From NCBI GenBank assembly GCA_965223705.1, contig OZ245015.1:3392001-3456000 (forward strand): 64,000 nucleotides of DNA. Reading direction: 5' to 3'. A model generated the notes under the pieces. The model saw nothing but the letters and a program-made list of their open reading frames with translations, was not told the DNA's origin and searched no databases. This DNA comes from Myxococcota bacterium. GTDB taxonomy: Bacteria; Myxococcota_A; UBA9160; UBA6930. Positions 7,900 to 18,469 of the stretch are shown here, piece by piece; the stretch's first letter is position 1; every line of letters begins with the position of its first letter. Both the position numbers and the translations under genes were made by a program.

Positions 7900-8760
7900 A
7901 TGGCGAACACCATCTGGCAAGACCTCGAAAACGTCCGCTTTACCCAGCGCTTCATCGACGCCAAAGGGGTCCGCACCCGCGTCCTCGAAACCGGCGAACG
8001 CGGCATGCCGGTACTCTTCTTGCTCCCTGGGCAAACGGGGCACCTCGAGGCGTACGTCCGGAACGTGGGCCCGCTCGGCCAGCACTTCCATACCTTTGCC
8101 ATCGATCCGATCGGCTGCGGTTTCAGTGACAAGCCGAAAACGCCGTACCTCATCGCCGACTACGTCGAGCACCTGATCAACGTGATGGATGTCGAGGGCA
8201 TCGAGAAGGCCCATTTCTCCGGCGAATCGAACGGCGGATGGACGGCGCTCCGTCTTGCGACCAGCCACCCCGATCGCGCCGACAAGCTCGTCCTCAATAC
8301 CTGCGGCGGCTACAACTGGGACGAGAACCTTTTTAAGCGCATCCGCGAGCTTACGATCCCCGCCGTCATGAATGGAAACCGCGACGAGGTGCGCGCAAGG
8401 CTTGAGTGGCTCATGGAGGACAAGTCCAAGGTCACCGAAGAACTAGTGGACGTTCGCATGCGGATCTACGCGATGCCTGAGTTTCGCGAGAACGTGGAAC
8501 GCATGCTCGATGTTCAGGTCCCCGAGATTCGCAAAAACATCCGCATCACCGATGAGGAGCTTCGCAACACGCGTCACGAATCACTCGTCCTATGGACGGT
8601 CCACGATCCCACGGCGCCGACCACGGTCGCCGACAAGATGGCCGATCTTCTCCCGAACTCGAAGAAAGTGATTCTCGAAGGCGCCGGCCACTGGCCGCAG
8701 TGGGAAATCGTCGACGACTTTAATCGGGTCCACATCGATTTCCTGCAAGGTCGACTCTAG
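7900..8760 (+). CDS. Alpha/beta hydrolase, MhpC/BphD-like C-C hydrolase family
   Basis: GESNGG elbow, WTVHDP and AGHWPQWE motifs. GGAG RBS before ATG 7900. Confidence 0.85.
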   Translation: MANTIWQDLENVRFTQRFIDAKGVRTRVLETGERGMPVLFLLPGQTGHLEAYVRNVGPLGQHFHTFAIDPIGCGFSDKPKTPYLIADYVEHLINVMDVEGIEKAHFSGESNGGWTALRLATSHPDRADKLVLNTCGGYNWDENLFKRIRELTIPAVMNGNRDEVRARLEWLMEDKSKVTEELVDVRMRIYAMPEFRENVERMLDVQVPEIRKNIRITDEELRNTRHESLVLWTVHDPTAPTTVADKMADLLPNSKKVILEGAGHWPQWEIVDDFNRVHIDFLQGRL

Positions 8761-8828
8761 GACTTGCGACCCCGGGTCGCGCACAGATTTGGAGCTCGTG
8801 CGATCCAGTTTTCCCCGATGGAACGAGA

Positions 8829-10478
8829 CTAGGCCGGTTCGAGAACGTAACTCCCGGGGGCCTTGTCGAGGACTGGATGTCTCGAACTTCCGAGCTCCGC
8901 CGGCGCGGGGACGGTCTCGCCAGAGCGGGCGAGGATCCAGTCGGCCCACAGCTCCCACCAGGTACCTGTGCAACGCTCGGCGGCTCGCAACCAGGCATCG
9001 GGGTCGTCCCCGGGCTCGGGCCCGGCGTAATAGTGCGCCTTCGGGTTACCCGGCGGGTTGACCACGCTCGCGACATGTCCCGCGTGGCTGAGCACAAACT
9101 CACCACGACCGTTCAAGAGCTGGGTCGTGCGATAGGCGCCGCGCCAAGGAGTAATGTGGTCGTTGATCCCCGCGCTGACAAAGTGATCGACCTCGATGCT
9201 GCGCAGGTCGATCGGTTTCCCCAGTACTGAAAAAGCTCCCGCCGCGAGCAGGTTGTCGTTGAAGACGTCGACGAAGTCGTTGTGGAGACCGGCGGGCAGG
9301 TTCGTGCTGTCCGAGTTCCAATAGAGAATGTCGAAGGCGGGTGGCGTCTTGCCCATCAAGTAGTTGTTGACCCAGTAGTTCCACACCAACTCGTTGGGCC
9401 GGAGCCACGAGAACACCTGAGCGAGATTCTCTCCCGGTAGAATGCCGCGACGCTCGGAGATCGACTTCGCCAGAGGACCCGCCGTCGGATGGGCGAACAT
9501 CCCCATCATCGTGGGTTCTTCCCAATCGATCTGTGTCACGGTAAACGAGGCTGCGGCGACCCGGCGGTCGCCCTTCGTCGCCTGATAGGCGAGCATCGCC
9601 GCCGTCGTGATCCCGCCGGCGCAGACCCCGAGCGTCAGGAGGTCGTCGCTCCCCGTGATTTCGCACACCACATCGATCGCCTCCAGAAGCGCTTCGATGT
9701 AGGTGTCGAGTGTCCAAGCAGCGTGCTCGGGCCCTGGATTGCGCCAGCTTACGGTGAAGAACGCGATGCCGCGACTCACCGCGTACTCCGTGAGACTGCG
9801 TCCCGGCGCGAGATCCAGGAAGTAGTACTTGTTGATTTGAGGGGGCACGAGCAGTGTGGGCCGGGCACCCACGGTGGGCGTCGCAGGTTGGTACTGAATC
9901 AACTCCACGAGTTCGGAGCGGAACACAACGGCACCGGGAGTCACCGCGAGGTCTTTGCCTACCTCGAAGCGACTGCGGTCGACCTGCCCCGGCATCCCGC
10001 CGTTTCGAAGCAGGTCATCCGCCCAGTTGCGGAAGCCGCGGAGAGCGCTCAAGCCTCCGCTGTCGATCATCTCCTTGATCGCCGAGGGATTGGTGAGGAG
10101 CTGGTTGGTCGGAGCGGCGGCTGCCGCGAGTAGCTCGGCCGCGAACTTCGCGCGTTCGATATCGCGCCAGTCGTCCCCGCTGTCATCGATCGAGCCCGCC
10201 AGCGCATCGGCCCAAGCGAGGTAGCTCTGGGCGAGTCGGCGGGCCATCGGGTTGCTCGACCAGGCGGGGTCCTGAAAGCGCCAGTCGCGTGGATCGGGCG
10301 CCCGCTCGCTGTCGCCAAAGGTGATGTCCCAAAGCTCGCGCTGGAGCTCGAGGGTTTGGCGAACGAGCCGGGTGGGATCGATCAGACGGGCCGCTGCCGC
10401 CAGGGTCTCGGCGGCGTCCATCGGGTAGACCGGCGCGAACGGCGGATCGTTGACGGGACGACGCGGTCGCTTTGTCAT
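8829..10478 (-). CDS. phaC: Poly(3-hydroxyalkanoate) synthase, class I/II-like
   Basis: LAVTPGAVV, PPQINKYYFLDL, GVCAGG lipase box with Cys, WLRPNELVWNYWVNNYLMG, DHITPW and GHVA. GGAGG RBS before ATG 10478. Confidence 0.92.
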   Translation of the reverse strand: MTKRPRRPVNDPPFAPVYPMDAAETLAAAARLIDPTRLVRQTLELQRELWDITFGDSERAPDPRDWRFQDPAWSSNPMARRLAQSYLAWADALAGSIDDSGDDWRDIERAKFAAELLAAAAAPTNQLLTNPSAIKEMIDSGGLSALRGFRNWADDLLRNGGMPGQVDRSRFEVGKDLAVTPGAVVFRSELVELIQYQPATPTVGARPTLLVPPQINKYYFLDLAPGRSLTEYAVSRGIAFFTVSWRNPGPEHAAWTLDTYIEALLEAIDVVCEITGSDDLLTLGVCAGGITTAAMLAYQATKGDRRVAAASFTVTQIDWEEPTMMGMFAHPTAGPLAKSISERRGILPGENLAQVFSWLRPNELVWNYWVNNYLMGKTPPAFDILYWNSDSTNLPAGLHNDFVDVFNDNLLAAGAFSVLGKPIDLRSIEVDHFVSAGINDHITPWRGAYRTTQLLNGRGEFVLSHAGHVASVVNPPGNPKAHYYAGPEPGDDPDAWLRAAERCTGTWWELWADWILARSGETVPAPAELGSSRHPVLDKAPGSYVLEPA

Positions 10479-10559
10479 AGGTGTCCTCCGGGCGCACGGC
10501 CCAGGGTCATGATAGGCGACGAGCGGTCGCACCCTCGCGGTCGACTTTGGGGAGAAACG

Positions 10560-10589
10560 GGGCCCCGGCGGCAGGGGTCGCCGGGGCCC
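10560..10589 (-). terminator. GC-rich hairpin between the hsp20 pair and phaC
   Basis: GGGCCCCGGCG ... CGCCGGGGCCC, an 11-bp perfect stem. Only a short U-tract follows on the minus strand. Confidence 0.5.
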
Positions 10590-10604
10590 GCGAAAGGCGC
10601 CGAT

Positions 10605-11003
10605 CTAGCCGGCCAGGACCGGAATGGATCGAGGTTGGCTCTCGGCACTCTTGGGCAATCTGAGTTCCAAAACCCCGTTGGTTATTTTTGCGGCGACGAG
10701 CTGCTCGTTGATCTGATCCGAAATTCGAAACTTCCGGCGATAGGAGCCGAACTCGAACTCCGTGTGCAAGGGCTTCCAACCGCTCTGAGGCCCGGAAGCG
10801 AGATCCGCCTGCAATTTGAGCTCGCCCCCATCGAGACGTACCGAGATGGATTTCTCATCGGCACCGGGAATATCGGCATAGACGAAATAGCATTCAGGAC
10901 TTTCGACGATGTCGATATCGGGCCTGAAGACGGGGCCGGGTCGGGTCTGCTCTTCGTCGACCTCGCGCTTCCCGCGTACCTGCAGCGTCTGTGCATCGGT
11001 CAT
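10605..11003 (-). CDS. Small heat shock protein Hsp20
   Basis: PDIDIVE, ADIPG, YRRKFRI and AKITNGVLELRLPK (alpha-crystallin domain). Confidence 0.92.
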   Translation of the reverse strand: MTDAQTLQVRGKREVDEEQTRPGPVFRPDIDIVESPECYFVYADIPGADEKSISVRLDGGELKLQADLASGPQSGWKPLHTEFEFGSYRRKFRISDQINEQLVAAKITNGVLELRLPKSAESQPRSIPVLAG

Positions 11004-11015
11004 GTTGTCGTCCCC

Positions 11016-11471
11016 CTAGCTACCCTGCACGGCGATCTGCCGTGCTCGGTGCTCATTGGCTTTCGGAAGCTTGATCATGAGCACGCCGTTGCGATGGGCC
11101 GCTTCGACTTTGTCTCCATCGATGGTCGAAGGAAGCTCGAACGAGCGTTGAAACTGCCCCGCTTGTCGCTCCAGCCGATGGACGGCGGTGTTGTCACCCA
11201 CGGCGTGGTCGATCTTGCGCTCCCCTCGGAGCGTCACCTTGGACGCTTCGAGTTTGACTTCGATGTCTTCCGCGGAAATTCCGGGTAGCTCACAAGCCAG
11301 CACGAAGCCTTCCTCGTTTTCGTAGAGATTCACGGGCGGGTAGGCGCCTCGTTGCGCGGTCGCAGTATCGCGCCCGAGTCGATCGAAGAGTGTGTTCATC
11401 TCCCGACGAAGCAGTGAAAAATCTCGCCACGGGTCCGAGGCCCAGGGGCGATACACGGTGTACTGAGCCAT
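11016..11471 (-). CDS. Small heat shock protein Hsp20
   Basis: YPPVNLYE, ELPG, ERQAGQFQRSFELP and NGVLMIKLPK. Confidence 0.93.
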   Translation of the reverse strand: MAQYTVYRPWASDPWRDFSLLRREMNTLFDRLGRDTATAQRGAYPPVNLYENEEGFVLACELPGISAEDIEVKLEASKVTLRGERKIDHAVGDNTAVHRLERQAGQFQRSFELPSTIDGDKVEAAHRNGVLMIKLPKANEHRARQIAVQGS

Positions 11472-12113
11472 TCCTTTCTCCCTATTCGGTTGGGCCAGCG
11501 GATGGAAACCCTACCCATCCGCTCTGTTGCGAGGCTGTGAACAGCCGATCCGCTGTCAAGATCCACTAGCTAGAAATTTCGAATCGAGGTCTCGACGCGG
11601 CCGCAAGCTCGACCTCGAACTCCGAGGAATTCCAATTCGTGGATGAGTCCCGTCTCCGAATCGAACGTCGCGCGCAGCTTTCCGCAGGCTGAAGGAATCT
11701 CGTGGACCAGGTGAACTTCTTCGCTGCGATCGGCCCATTCGAGCTGCGCCTTGCTCCAGTCCGTCTGCTTGAGAACGGACTTGAGATTTTCATCAGGTAG
11801 TTGCTGCCGCGAAGATCGAAAGGCTCAAGGACGCTCAGCGAGTAGGCCCCGGCATAGTCGCCCTGCGAAAGCTCTGAGAACTGGACCGTGAGCGGCCCGA
11901 CGCTCGAACCCGCGGCCGATGGTCCTCGGATCGTGAACCGCGCGTGTTCGAGCCGGTCGAGCGCGAGCGCCCTCGCGACGTCCCCTCTCTCTACGGACCT
12001 CTTGCCAGAAGACTGGTTACAGCCGTTCGCCTGTCAAGCCCCCCGCACCCATCGCGTCGCGTCCACCCGATCCGCCATTGACACCCCCGATGTGGAGCCC
12101 GACCCTGGCGTGA

Positions 12114-15100
12114 GTGGTGTGCCCTCGCTGCAGGACGGAGTTCCTAGCCGCCAAGAAATTCTGCCACCAATGCGGTTCGCCGGCGGCGAATCGATGCCAC
12201 GCATGTGGAGAGCCTCTCGAGGCGCACTACCGCTTCTGCCCGGAGTGCGGCACCGCGGCTGAAGCGGCCGAGCGCGCCAAACCTTCCGGCGACCCTTTGT
12301 CGCGCCATGTCCCTGAGGAGTTGGCGGCGAAGATCCGGCGCGCTGGCGCTGTCTCTGGAGAGCGCAAGCGCGCGACCGTCCTGTTCTGCGATCTGGTCGG
12401 CTCGACTGCGATCGCCGAGCACCTCGATCCCGAATCCTACCGTGACCTGTTGGATGCGTATCTCGAAGTGAGCTTCGAAGCGGTCTACCGCTATGAAGGT
12501 ATCGTCAACCAGATGGCGGGCGACGGGTTCATGGCACTGTTCGGTGCTCCAATCGCCCACGAAGACGCACCGGAACGATCCGTCCGCGCCGCATTGGACA
12601 TCCTCAACGCGGTGCAAGAACTGAGCAACCAACGCGAGCGGCAAGGCGGCTCCGAACTGCGGGTTCGAATCGGGATCCACACGGGAACGGTGGTCGTTGG
12701 AACAATCGGGAATGACCTAAAGACCGACTACACCGCCATCGGCGACACCACCAACCTCGCGGCGCGGCTCCAAGCGCTGGCCAACCCCGGCGCGGTCTTG
12801 GTGAGCGAAGACACCCATGCTCTCATCCGAGACCACTTCGTGACGGACTCGATCGGCGCACACGAGGTCAAGGGCAAAGCAGAGCCCGTGATTGCCTACG
12901 AGGTTCTCGAAACCATAGAGAGCACCCCGATGGCCATCGCGGAAGCCCGCGGTATGACCCCTCTGGTCGGTCGCGATCCCGAGCTCGCGCAGATCGCGGC
13001 GTGTTTCCGACGTCTCGAGGATCGTATGGCGCAACTCGTCACGATCGTCGGCGAAGCGGGTACGGGGCGGTCGCGTCTCGTCCACGAAGCGAAACGCCAA
13101 TTGTGTCGCGAAGGCGCCCACATCCTCGAAGGCCGGTGCGCCTCCCTCACGCGAGGGGTGCCTTTCGCGCCTTGGGCAGAGATCGTTCGCGGGCTGCTGG
13201 GTGCGCCCGACGGCGATTCGGCGGCGTCTCTCCTCGCGTCGAAATTGCGGAGGCTGGGAAGTGATCGACCCGAGGAACTCTCTGGGCTCGTCGCTTCGAT
13301 GCCGGGGGTCTCGACTCGCGCGGAGCCCGCGCTTGCGATCGGCCGCGATGCACTCTTCCCGGCGATCGCTGAGCTCGTGGCCCTCGTCGCTCGCGACGGC
13401 CCGACGCTGCTCCTCATCGAGGATCTTCACTGGGCAGACAGGGCCTCGGTCGAACTCTTGGAGATGGTCGTCGCGTCGTGTCTCAATGAACGCGTGATGT
13501 TTGTTGTGACCCACCGTCCGGACTTTCAGCTCGAGGCGCCCGCTTCCGTCGCTTTCACGCGCCTTCGCATGCGACTTCTCGCGGATGAGGAAGCCCGAGA
13601 GATCGTGCGCAGCCAAGCGGGTGGGCCCCTTCCTCCCGTGCTCGAAGAGCGCATCCTCCGACGCGGAGAAGGCAACCCGTTCTACCTCGAAGAATTGACT
13701 CGTGCGCTGGTGCAAGAAGGATCGCTCGTTCGGGGAGAAGGCGGCGTCCGGGTCACGCGCCCAATCGACTCGATCCGCATCCCGGACACCGTGCAGGAGC
13801 TCTTGGGCGCACGGCTCGACCGTCTCGAACCCGAAGCCAAGCGGGTCGCTCAGGTCGCCTCGGTGTTCGGTCGTCAGTTCAAGCGTTCCCACCTGGAGAC
13901 TGTCCTCTCGAACGGAGGTAGTGACTCCGCTCATCCGATCGAAGGGCCGTTGGAAGCGCTCGAACGCAGCGGGGTCCTTCACCGTGAGGGCCTATCGAGC
14001 GACGAGTTCCGCTTCGGTGAGAGCCTCACCCAAGAGGTGGCGTACGAAGGGTTGCTGCTGCGCGAGCGCGAGTCTCTTCACGAACGCGTGGGACGGATGC
14101 TCGAGGAAGCGGACGGAGGAGGCGACCTCGCTCTCGTCGGTTACCACTTCGCTCGTAGTTCGCGACAAGATCTCGGGCTCGCGAACCTCCTGGAGGCCGC
14201 CGATCGAGCCGCGGCGCTGCCCTCTTACGGTGACGCGATCCGGCTCTACCGAGACGCGCTCGACCTCGCCGAGGGCATGACCGACGACGGCCGAGACGAC
14301 GAAACCGACCGAGGCGCGTTGCGCGCGATTCAGGGCATCCTGAACTCAGCGACGATCTACGGAGACGTCCACTTCGAAGAGAACGAGCGGGCACTTGAAC
14401 GGGGCCTGGTGCTGGCCGAAAAACTCTCGGATGCCGAGGCCGTGGCCTCGCTCCTCGTCGCGCAAGGCACGATGATCATCAACTACAACCGTGCCCGGTT
14501 CTCCGAGGGAATCGCCTGGATCGAGAAAGGCATCGAAGCGGCGAAGCGCGCGGGACTCGATCGATCCGTCGCTCAACTTTCACGCTCGCTCTCGTGGGCC
14601 TACTTGAAGGACGGACGTTTCGAAGAGGCACGCACGTGTATCGCAGGGGCGCTCGAGGAACTCGAGCGCCTCGGAGAACGAGAGCGAGTCAGCGATACCT
14701 ACCTGGGTGCGCGGTTCTTTCAGAACCGCGTCCTCTTCGAGAGCGATGCGTTCGAAGAAGCGCTTGCAAGCGCGCTCGAGACCTACGAACTCGGTACAAA
14801 ACACCACAACCGAACGATCGAGAGCAGCGCCGCGGCGCAGCTCGCTTCGTTGTACTTCCGCCGGGGTGAACACGAGGAAGCCGAGCGCATCGCGGAGCGC
14901 GGCCTCGAGACCGCGAAGCAAATCGACAACATGTGGGCCATGCTGTCCTGCGCCGCTGTTTTGCAGGGAATCCGACACGAACGAGATCCTTCGAGCGTCG
15001 CGTTTTCCGAGCTCGAAGCCATCGAGCGCGGTACGCGCTCGACCGGTGACGCGAGCATGAGCATCGATCTCATCGCCGAGGTGTTGATCCGAATCGGAGA

Positions 15101-15434
15101 AGTCGATCGTGCGCGACGCATCGTCGAAACCGGCGCGGAGCGAGCCGGAGGCCGACTCAACGAATCTCGCAACGAGCTGTGCCTCGGTTTCGTCGCGCTG
15201 AACTCGGGCAAGGACCGGTACCCCGAGGCGAAACGGCACTTCCTGAGAAGCCGAGAGCTCGCCGAGACCATCGGTTCGCGATCGATCGCGGGTCGGGCCC
15301 TCCTCGGTCTCGCGATGCTCACCCGAGCCAAGGGGGACGACGGGTATCGATCCTACGCACAGTCCGCCCTGGCGATCTTTCGGGCGTTGGGCCTCCGCCG
15401 CTACGCGGTTCGGGCCGAATCGCTGCTTACGTAG
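12114..15434 (+). CDS. Double zinc ribbon + class III adenylate/guanylate cyclase + STAND-type ATPase + TPR-like helical repeats
   Basis: Four CxxC pairs; [20 protein letters not shown] and [19 protein letters not shown] Walker [17 protein letters not shown]; helical C-terminus. Confidence 0.92.
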   Translation: MVCPRCRTEFLAAKKFCHQCGSPAANRCHACGEPLEAHYRFCPECGTAAEAAERAKPSGDPLSRHVPEELAAKIRRAGAVSGERKRATVLFCDLVGSTAIAEHLDPESYRDLLDAYLEVSFEAVYRYEGIVNQMAGDGFMALFGAPIAHEDAPERSVRAALDILNAVQELSNQRERQGGSELRVRIGIHTGTVVVGTIGNDLKTDYTAIGDTTNLAARLQALANPGAVLVSEDTHALIRDHFVTDSIGAHEVKGKAEPVIAYEVLETIESTPMAIAEARGMTPLVGRDPELAQIAACFRRLEDRMAQLVTIVGEAGTGRSRLVHEAKRQLCREGAHILEGRCASLTRGVPFAPWAEIVRGLLGAPDGDSAASLLASKLRRLGSDRPEELSGLVASMPGVSTRAEPALAIGRDALFPAIAELVALVARDGPTLLLIEDLHWADRASVELLEMVVASCLNERVMFVVTHRPDFQLEAPASVAFTRLRMRLLADEEAREIVRSQAGGPLPPVLEERILRRGEGNPFYLEELTRALVQEGSLVRGEGGVRVTRPIDSIRIPDTVQELLGARLDRLEPEAKRVAQVASVFGRQFKRSHLETVLSNGGSDSAHPIEGPLEALERSGVLHREGLSSDEFRFGESLTQEVAYEGLLLRERESLHERVGRMLEEADGGGDLALVGYHFARSSRQDLGLANLLEAADRAAALPSYGDAIRLYRDALDLAEGMTDDGRDDETDRGALRAIQGILNSATIYGDVHFEENERALERGLVLAEKLSDAEAVASLLVAQGTMIINYNRARFSEGIAWIEKGIEAAKRAGLDRSVAQLSRSLSWAYLKDGRFEEARTCIAGALEELERLGERERVSDTYLGARFFQNRVLFESDAFEEALASALETYELGTKHHNRTIESSAAAQLASLYFRRGEHEEAERIAERGLETAKQIDNMWAMLSCAAVLQGIRHERDPSSVAFSELEAIERGTRSTGDASMSIDLIAEVLIRIGEVDRARRIVETGAERAGGRLNESRNELCLGFVALNSGKDRYPEAKRHFLRSRELAETIGSRSIAGRALLGLAMLTRAKGDDGYRSYAQSALAIFRALGLRRYAVRAESLLT

Positions 15435-16485
15435 GAGCTCCGAGTTCGGTTGTCAGGCCGCGCTCCGAAGGAAACTTGTCGCGCGTGCGGTTGGCGAGAG
15501 CGACGAGCGAGAGCATCACGGGAACCTCGACGAGCACGCCGACAATCGTCGCCAAGGCGGCACCGCTCCCCAGGCCAAACAGGCTGATCGCGACGGCCAC
15601 CGCGAGCTCGAAAAAATTCGAAGTTCCGATAAGAGCGGCGGGAGCCGCCACGGAAAAAGGCACACGCCAGAACCACGCCCAGGCGTAGGCGATGAAGAAG
15701 ACGCCATAGCTCTGAATCGTCAGGGGCACCGCGATGAGCAGGATCACGGCCGGCTGCTCGAGAATCCGCTCCCCTTGGAACCCGAACAACAAGACCACGG
15801 TGGCCAGCAACCCGACAACGGACCAAGGTTTGAGCTTTGCGCCGAGTCGCTCCAATCGCGAAGTGTCGCCGTCAGCCCCGATCCATTGCTCCCTCGTCAG
15901 CATTCCCGCGGCGAGCGGCACCACGACATAGAGGAGAACCGAGAAGAGCAAGGTCGACCACGGCACCAGCACTTCTGCGATGCCGAGGAGCATCGCCACA
16001 ATGGGTGCAAACGCGAAAACCATGATGACGTCGTTGATCGACACTTGAACCAGCGTGTAGGTCGCGTCGCCTTTGACCAGCTGACTCCAGACGAAGACCA
16101 TCGCGGTACAGGGCGCTGCACCGAGCAGGATCATCCCGGCGATGTATTCGCGCGCATCGCTCGGTTCGACCCATGCGCGAAAGAAGACCTCGAAAAAGAC
16201 GATGCCGAGGCCAGCCATCGTGAGGGGCTTGACGAGCCAGTTCACGACGAGCGTAATCACCAAACCCTTCGGACGGTCACCGACGTGACGGAGCGACGCG
16301 AAGTCGACCTTCATCATCATCGGGTAGATCATGATCCAGATCAGAACCGCGACGATCAGGTTGACCCCCGCGACTTCCAGCTTCGCGAGGACGCTGAACC
16401 TGTCGGGAAAGAGAGCGCCCAACGCCGTACCGCCCGCGATCGAAAGCGCGATCCACACGCTGAGGTATCGCTCGAAGACCCCCAT
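15427..16485 (-). CDS. acr3: Arsenite efflux transporter Acr3
   Basis: [45 protein letters not shown] and [10 protein letters not shown]. Start ATG 16485 overlaps the arsR stop. Confidence 0.95.
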   Translation of the reverse strand: MGVFERYLSVWIALSIAGGTALGALFPDRFSVLAKLEVAGVNLIVAVLIWIMIYPMMMKVDFASLRHVGDRPKGLVITLVVNWLVKPLTMAGLGIVFFEVFFRAWVEPSDAREYIAGMILLGAAPCTAMVFVWSQLVKGDATYTLVQVSINDVIMVFAFAPIVAMLLGIAEVLVPWSTLLFSVLLYVVVPLAAGMLTREQWIGADGDTSRLERLGAKLKPWSVVGLLATVVLLFGFQGERILEQPAVILLIAVPLTIQSYGVFFIAYAWAWFWRVPFSVAAPAALIGTSNFFELAVAVAISLFGLGSGAALATIVGVLVEVPVMLSLVALANRTRDKFPSERGLTTELGAPT

Positions 16486-16817
16486 CAGCTGCGTAGGCCC
16501 TTCCCAGTGGGCTGGCCGCAGTCCGCGCCCCCTTCTCCCTCGCAACAGTTCTCAGTCAAGAAATCGACGAGTGAGCCCATGACCTCGAAGCTCGGGCTGT
16601 AGATCAGCGACCTTCCGTCGCGGCGGCACCGGACAACCCCCGAGTTCTTCAGCTCTTTGAGATGGAACGACAGCGTGGCTGCCTGGATACCCAGCGTGTC
16701 GGCGACCGCTCCGGCGGCCAGGCCCTTGCGGCCCGCGCGGACCAGGAGTCGGAAGACGTCGAGACGGGTTTCGTGAGCCAATGCGGCGAGGGCCGCGAGC
16801 GCGTCTTGCTTTTCCAT
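16485..16817 (-). CDS. arsR: ArsR/SmtB regulator with C-terminal CC(X6)C As(III) site
   Basis: [23 protein letters not shown] and [15 protein letters not shown]. Directly upstream of acr3. Confidence 0.92.
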   Translation of the reverse strand: MEKQDALAALAALAHETRLDVFRLLVRAGRKGLAAGAVADTLGIQAATLSFHLKELKNSGVVRCRRDGRSLIYSPSFEVMGSLVDFLTENCCEGEGGADCGQPTGKGLRS

Positions 16818-16819
16818 AA

Positions 16820-16925
16820 TTTTAATATAGTCCAATTATCGTATCGATGAACGCGTTTCCGTATTTTTCCGTGTATCCTATTTATGTGATTTTTCACTGA
16901 TTAACGCGTACAAGGGAGGTAAGCC
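16820..16925. promoter_or_regulatory. AT-rich divergent promoter region arsR/iacA with candidate operator
   Basis: Inverted repeat GTGA-TTTT-TCAC at 16886-16897 and GGGAGG RBS before iacA. Confidence 0.5.
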
Positions 16926-18092
16926 GTGGCGCTTGCGACGCCGATTCACCTCGCCTCTTCCTCCAGTCCATTCGATGAGCGGCGTTTCGAGACGCTGCTC
17001 CGAACGATCGAAGAGCGGCGCGACGACTTCCATCGCGCGCGACACGTCAGCCAGGACATCATCGAAGAGCTTCGGACGTTGGGCCTTTATCGCGCGTTCG
17101 TACCGGAACAGTTCGGCGGTTCCGGCATGGCCCCGACGGACTTCTTGCAGCTGATCGAACGCATCGCGTGTGCCGACGGTTCCGCGGGTTGGGTCGCGAG
17201 CTTCGCTTTCGCGTCGAAGTATCTCGCATCGCTGCCCGCCGAAACCCTCCGCGAGCTTTACGCGGAAGGGCCGGACGTCGTCTTTGCAGGTTGTGTCTTT
17301 CCTCCCCAGCCGGCGCGACGCGTCGAGGGCGGGTTCGTGGTGCGCGGGCGGTGGCCCTTCGCGAGCGGTTGCAACGGTGCGTCGATCCTCGGCGTCGGCA
17401 TTCTCTCAGACTCCGAGAATGACGGAGGCCTGCCCAGGATGGCGGTCATGCCCGCCGAGAAAGCCGAGATCGACGAAACGTGGAATGCGGTGGGCATGCG
17501 TGGAACAGGCAGCCACGATCTGATCGTCGAGGACGTGTTCGTTCCCGACGCCTGGACGTTCGTCCGTGGCTCGCCGCCGACTCTCGACACCGCCGCGTAC
17601 CGTTATCCGACGCTCGCGATGGCCTCGCAGGTCCTCGCCGTGTGCGGCTTGGGCGTTGCGCGAGCCGCTCTAGAGTACGTGATAGGCGATGCGGCAAGCG
17701 CGCCTTCGATCACCGGTGCCCCATCGATCGCAGATCGTCCACACGCGCACCTGAGAATCGGGGAAATGGAGGCATCGCTCCGTTCGGCCCGCGCGTGGTT
17801 CTACGAAGTCACCGATAGTGCCTGGGCCGCACTTCTGGACGGAGGTTCAGCGTCGCAGGAGCAGACGGTCGACCTACGGCTCGCTTCGACCCACGCGGCC
17901 CGAGTCGGCGCCCAGGTCGCGCGCGGTTGTTACGAGGTGTGCGGAACGATCGGAATCTACGAACACAGTCCGTTGTCGCGTTACGTCGCCGACGCGTCCG
18001 TCGTCGCGCAGCACGCGTTTATCGCCGAGGGGTCGTTTCTGTCCGCGGGGAAGATCCTCGCGGGCCACGCACCTGCGCCGGGATTTCCATAA
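16926..18092 (+). CDS. iacA: Indole-3-acetate monooxygenase IacA (acyl-CoA dehydrogenase fold, group D flavin monooxygenase)
   Basis: ADGSAGWVASF, GRWPFASGC, GMRGTGSHD and VVAQHAF motifs. First gene of the iacA-B-I-C-D-E array. Confidence 0.85.
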   Translation: MALATPIHLASSSSPFDERRFETLLRTIEERRDDFHRARHVSQDIIEELRTLGLYRAFVPEQFGGSGMAPTDFLQLIERIACADGSAGWVASFAFASKYLASLPAETLRELYAEGPDVVFAGCVFPPQPARRVEGGFVVRGRWPFASGCNGASILGVGILSDSENDGGLPRMAVMPAEKAEIDETWNAVGMRGTGSHDLIVEDVFVPDAWTFVRGSPPTLDTAAYRYPTLAMASQVLAVCGLGVARAALEYVIGDAASAPSITGAPSIADRPHAHLRIGEMEASLRSARAWFYEVTDSAWAALLDGGSASQEQTVDLRLASTHAARVGAQVARGCYEVCGTIGIYEHSPLSRYVADASVVAQHAFIAEGSFLSAGKILAGHAPAPGFP

Positions 18093-18109
18093 CCATCCGG
18101 GAGGCCAAC

Positions 18110-18469
18110 GTGGCCGAGACCATTCGCACTCTTTTTTGCATCACCGTCGGTCAGAACTTCTTCGACCTGCCGGCCGACGAGACGGGCGCGGTATGGCAGG
18201 CCGTGGGTGACATGATGGGCGGCCTCGCAGCACTCCCCGGAGTTGAGATCATCGGCACGCTCGACGATGACGAGACGATGGTCGGTCGCTCTGTCGCGGG
18301 ATTTCCCACGGCCTACGTTCTCGCCGACGTGCCCGACCGCGAGACCGTGAGCGCCGCGTGCAACCTGTTTCGCACGACTCCGGTCGGCGAAAGCGAGCAT
18401 CGGCTATGGAAGTACTTGTCCGTGGAGGCTCGAATGGGCCGGCCGCTCGTTCCTCCGCCTCCCCGATGA
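18110..18469 (+). CDS. iacB: IacB protein
   Basis: RTLFCITVGQNFFD, GTLDDDETMVG, YVLADVPD, AACNLFRTTPVG and LWKY..VEARMGR match IacB as recalled. GGGAGG RBS before GTG 18110. Confidence 0.85.
   Translation: MAETIRTLFCITVGQNFFDLPADETGAVWQAVGDMMGGLAALPGVEIIGTLDDDETMVGRSVAGFPTAYVLADVPDRETVSAACNLFRTTPVGESEHRLWKYLSVEARMGRPLVPPPPR

Noticed and set aside
12717..13982. 421-aa minus-strand ORF
   Set aside because: Antisense shadow of the cyclase gene.
15427..16817. arsR-acr3 without arsC as a novel system
   Set aside because: Minimal ars units are common, and arsC is often encoded elsewhere.
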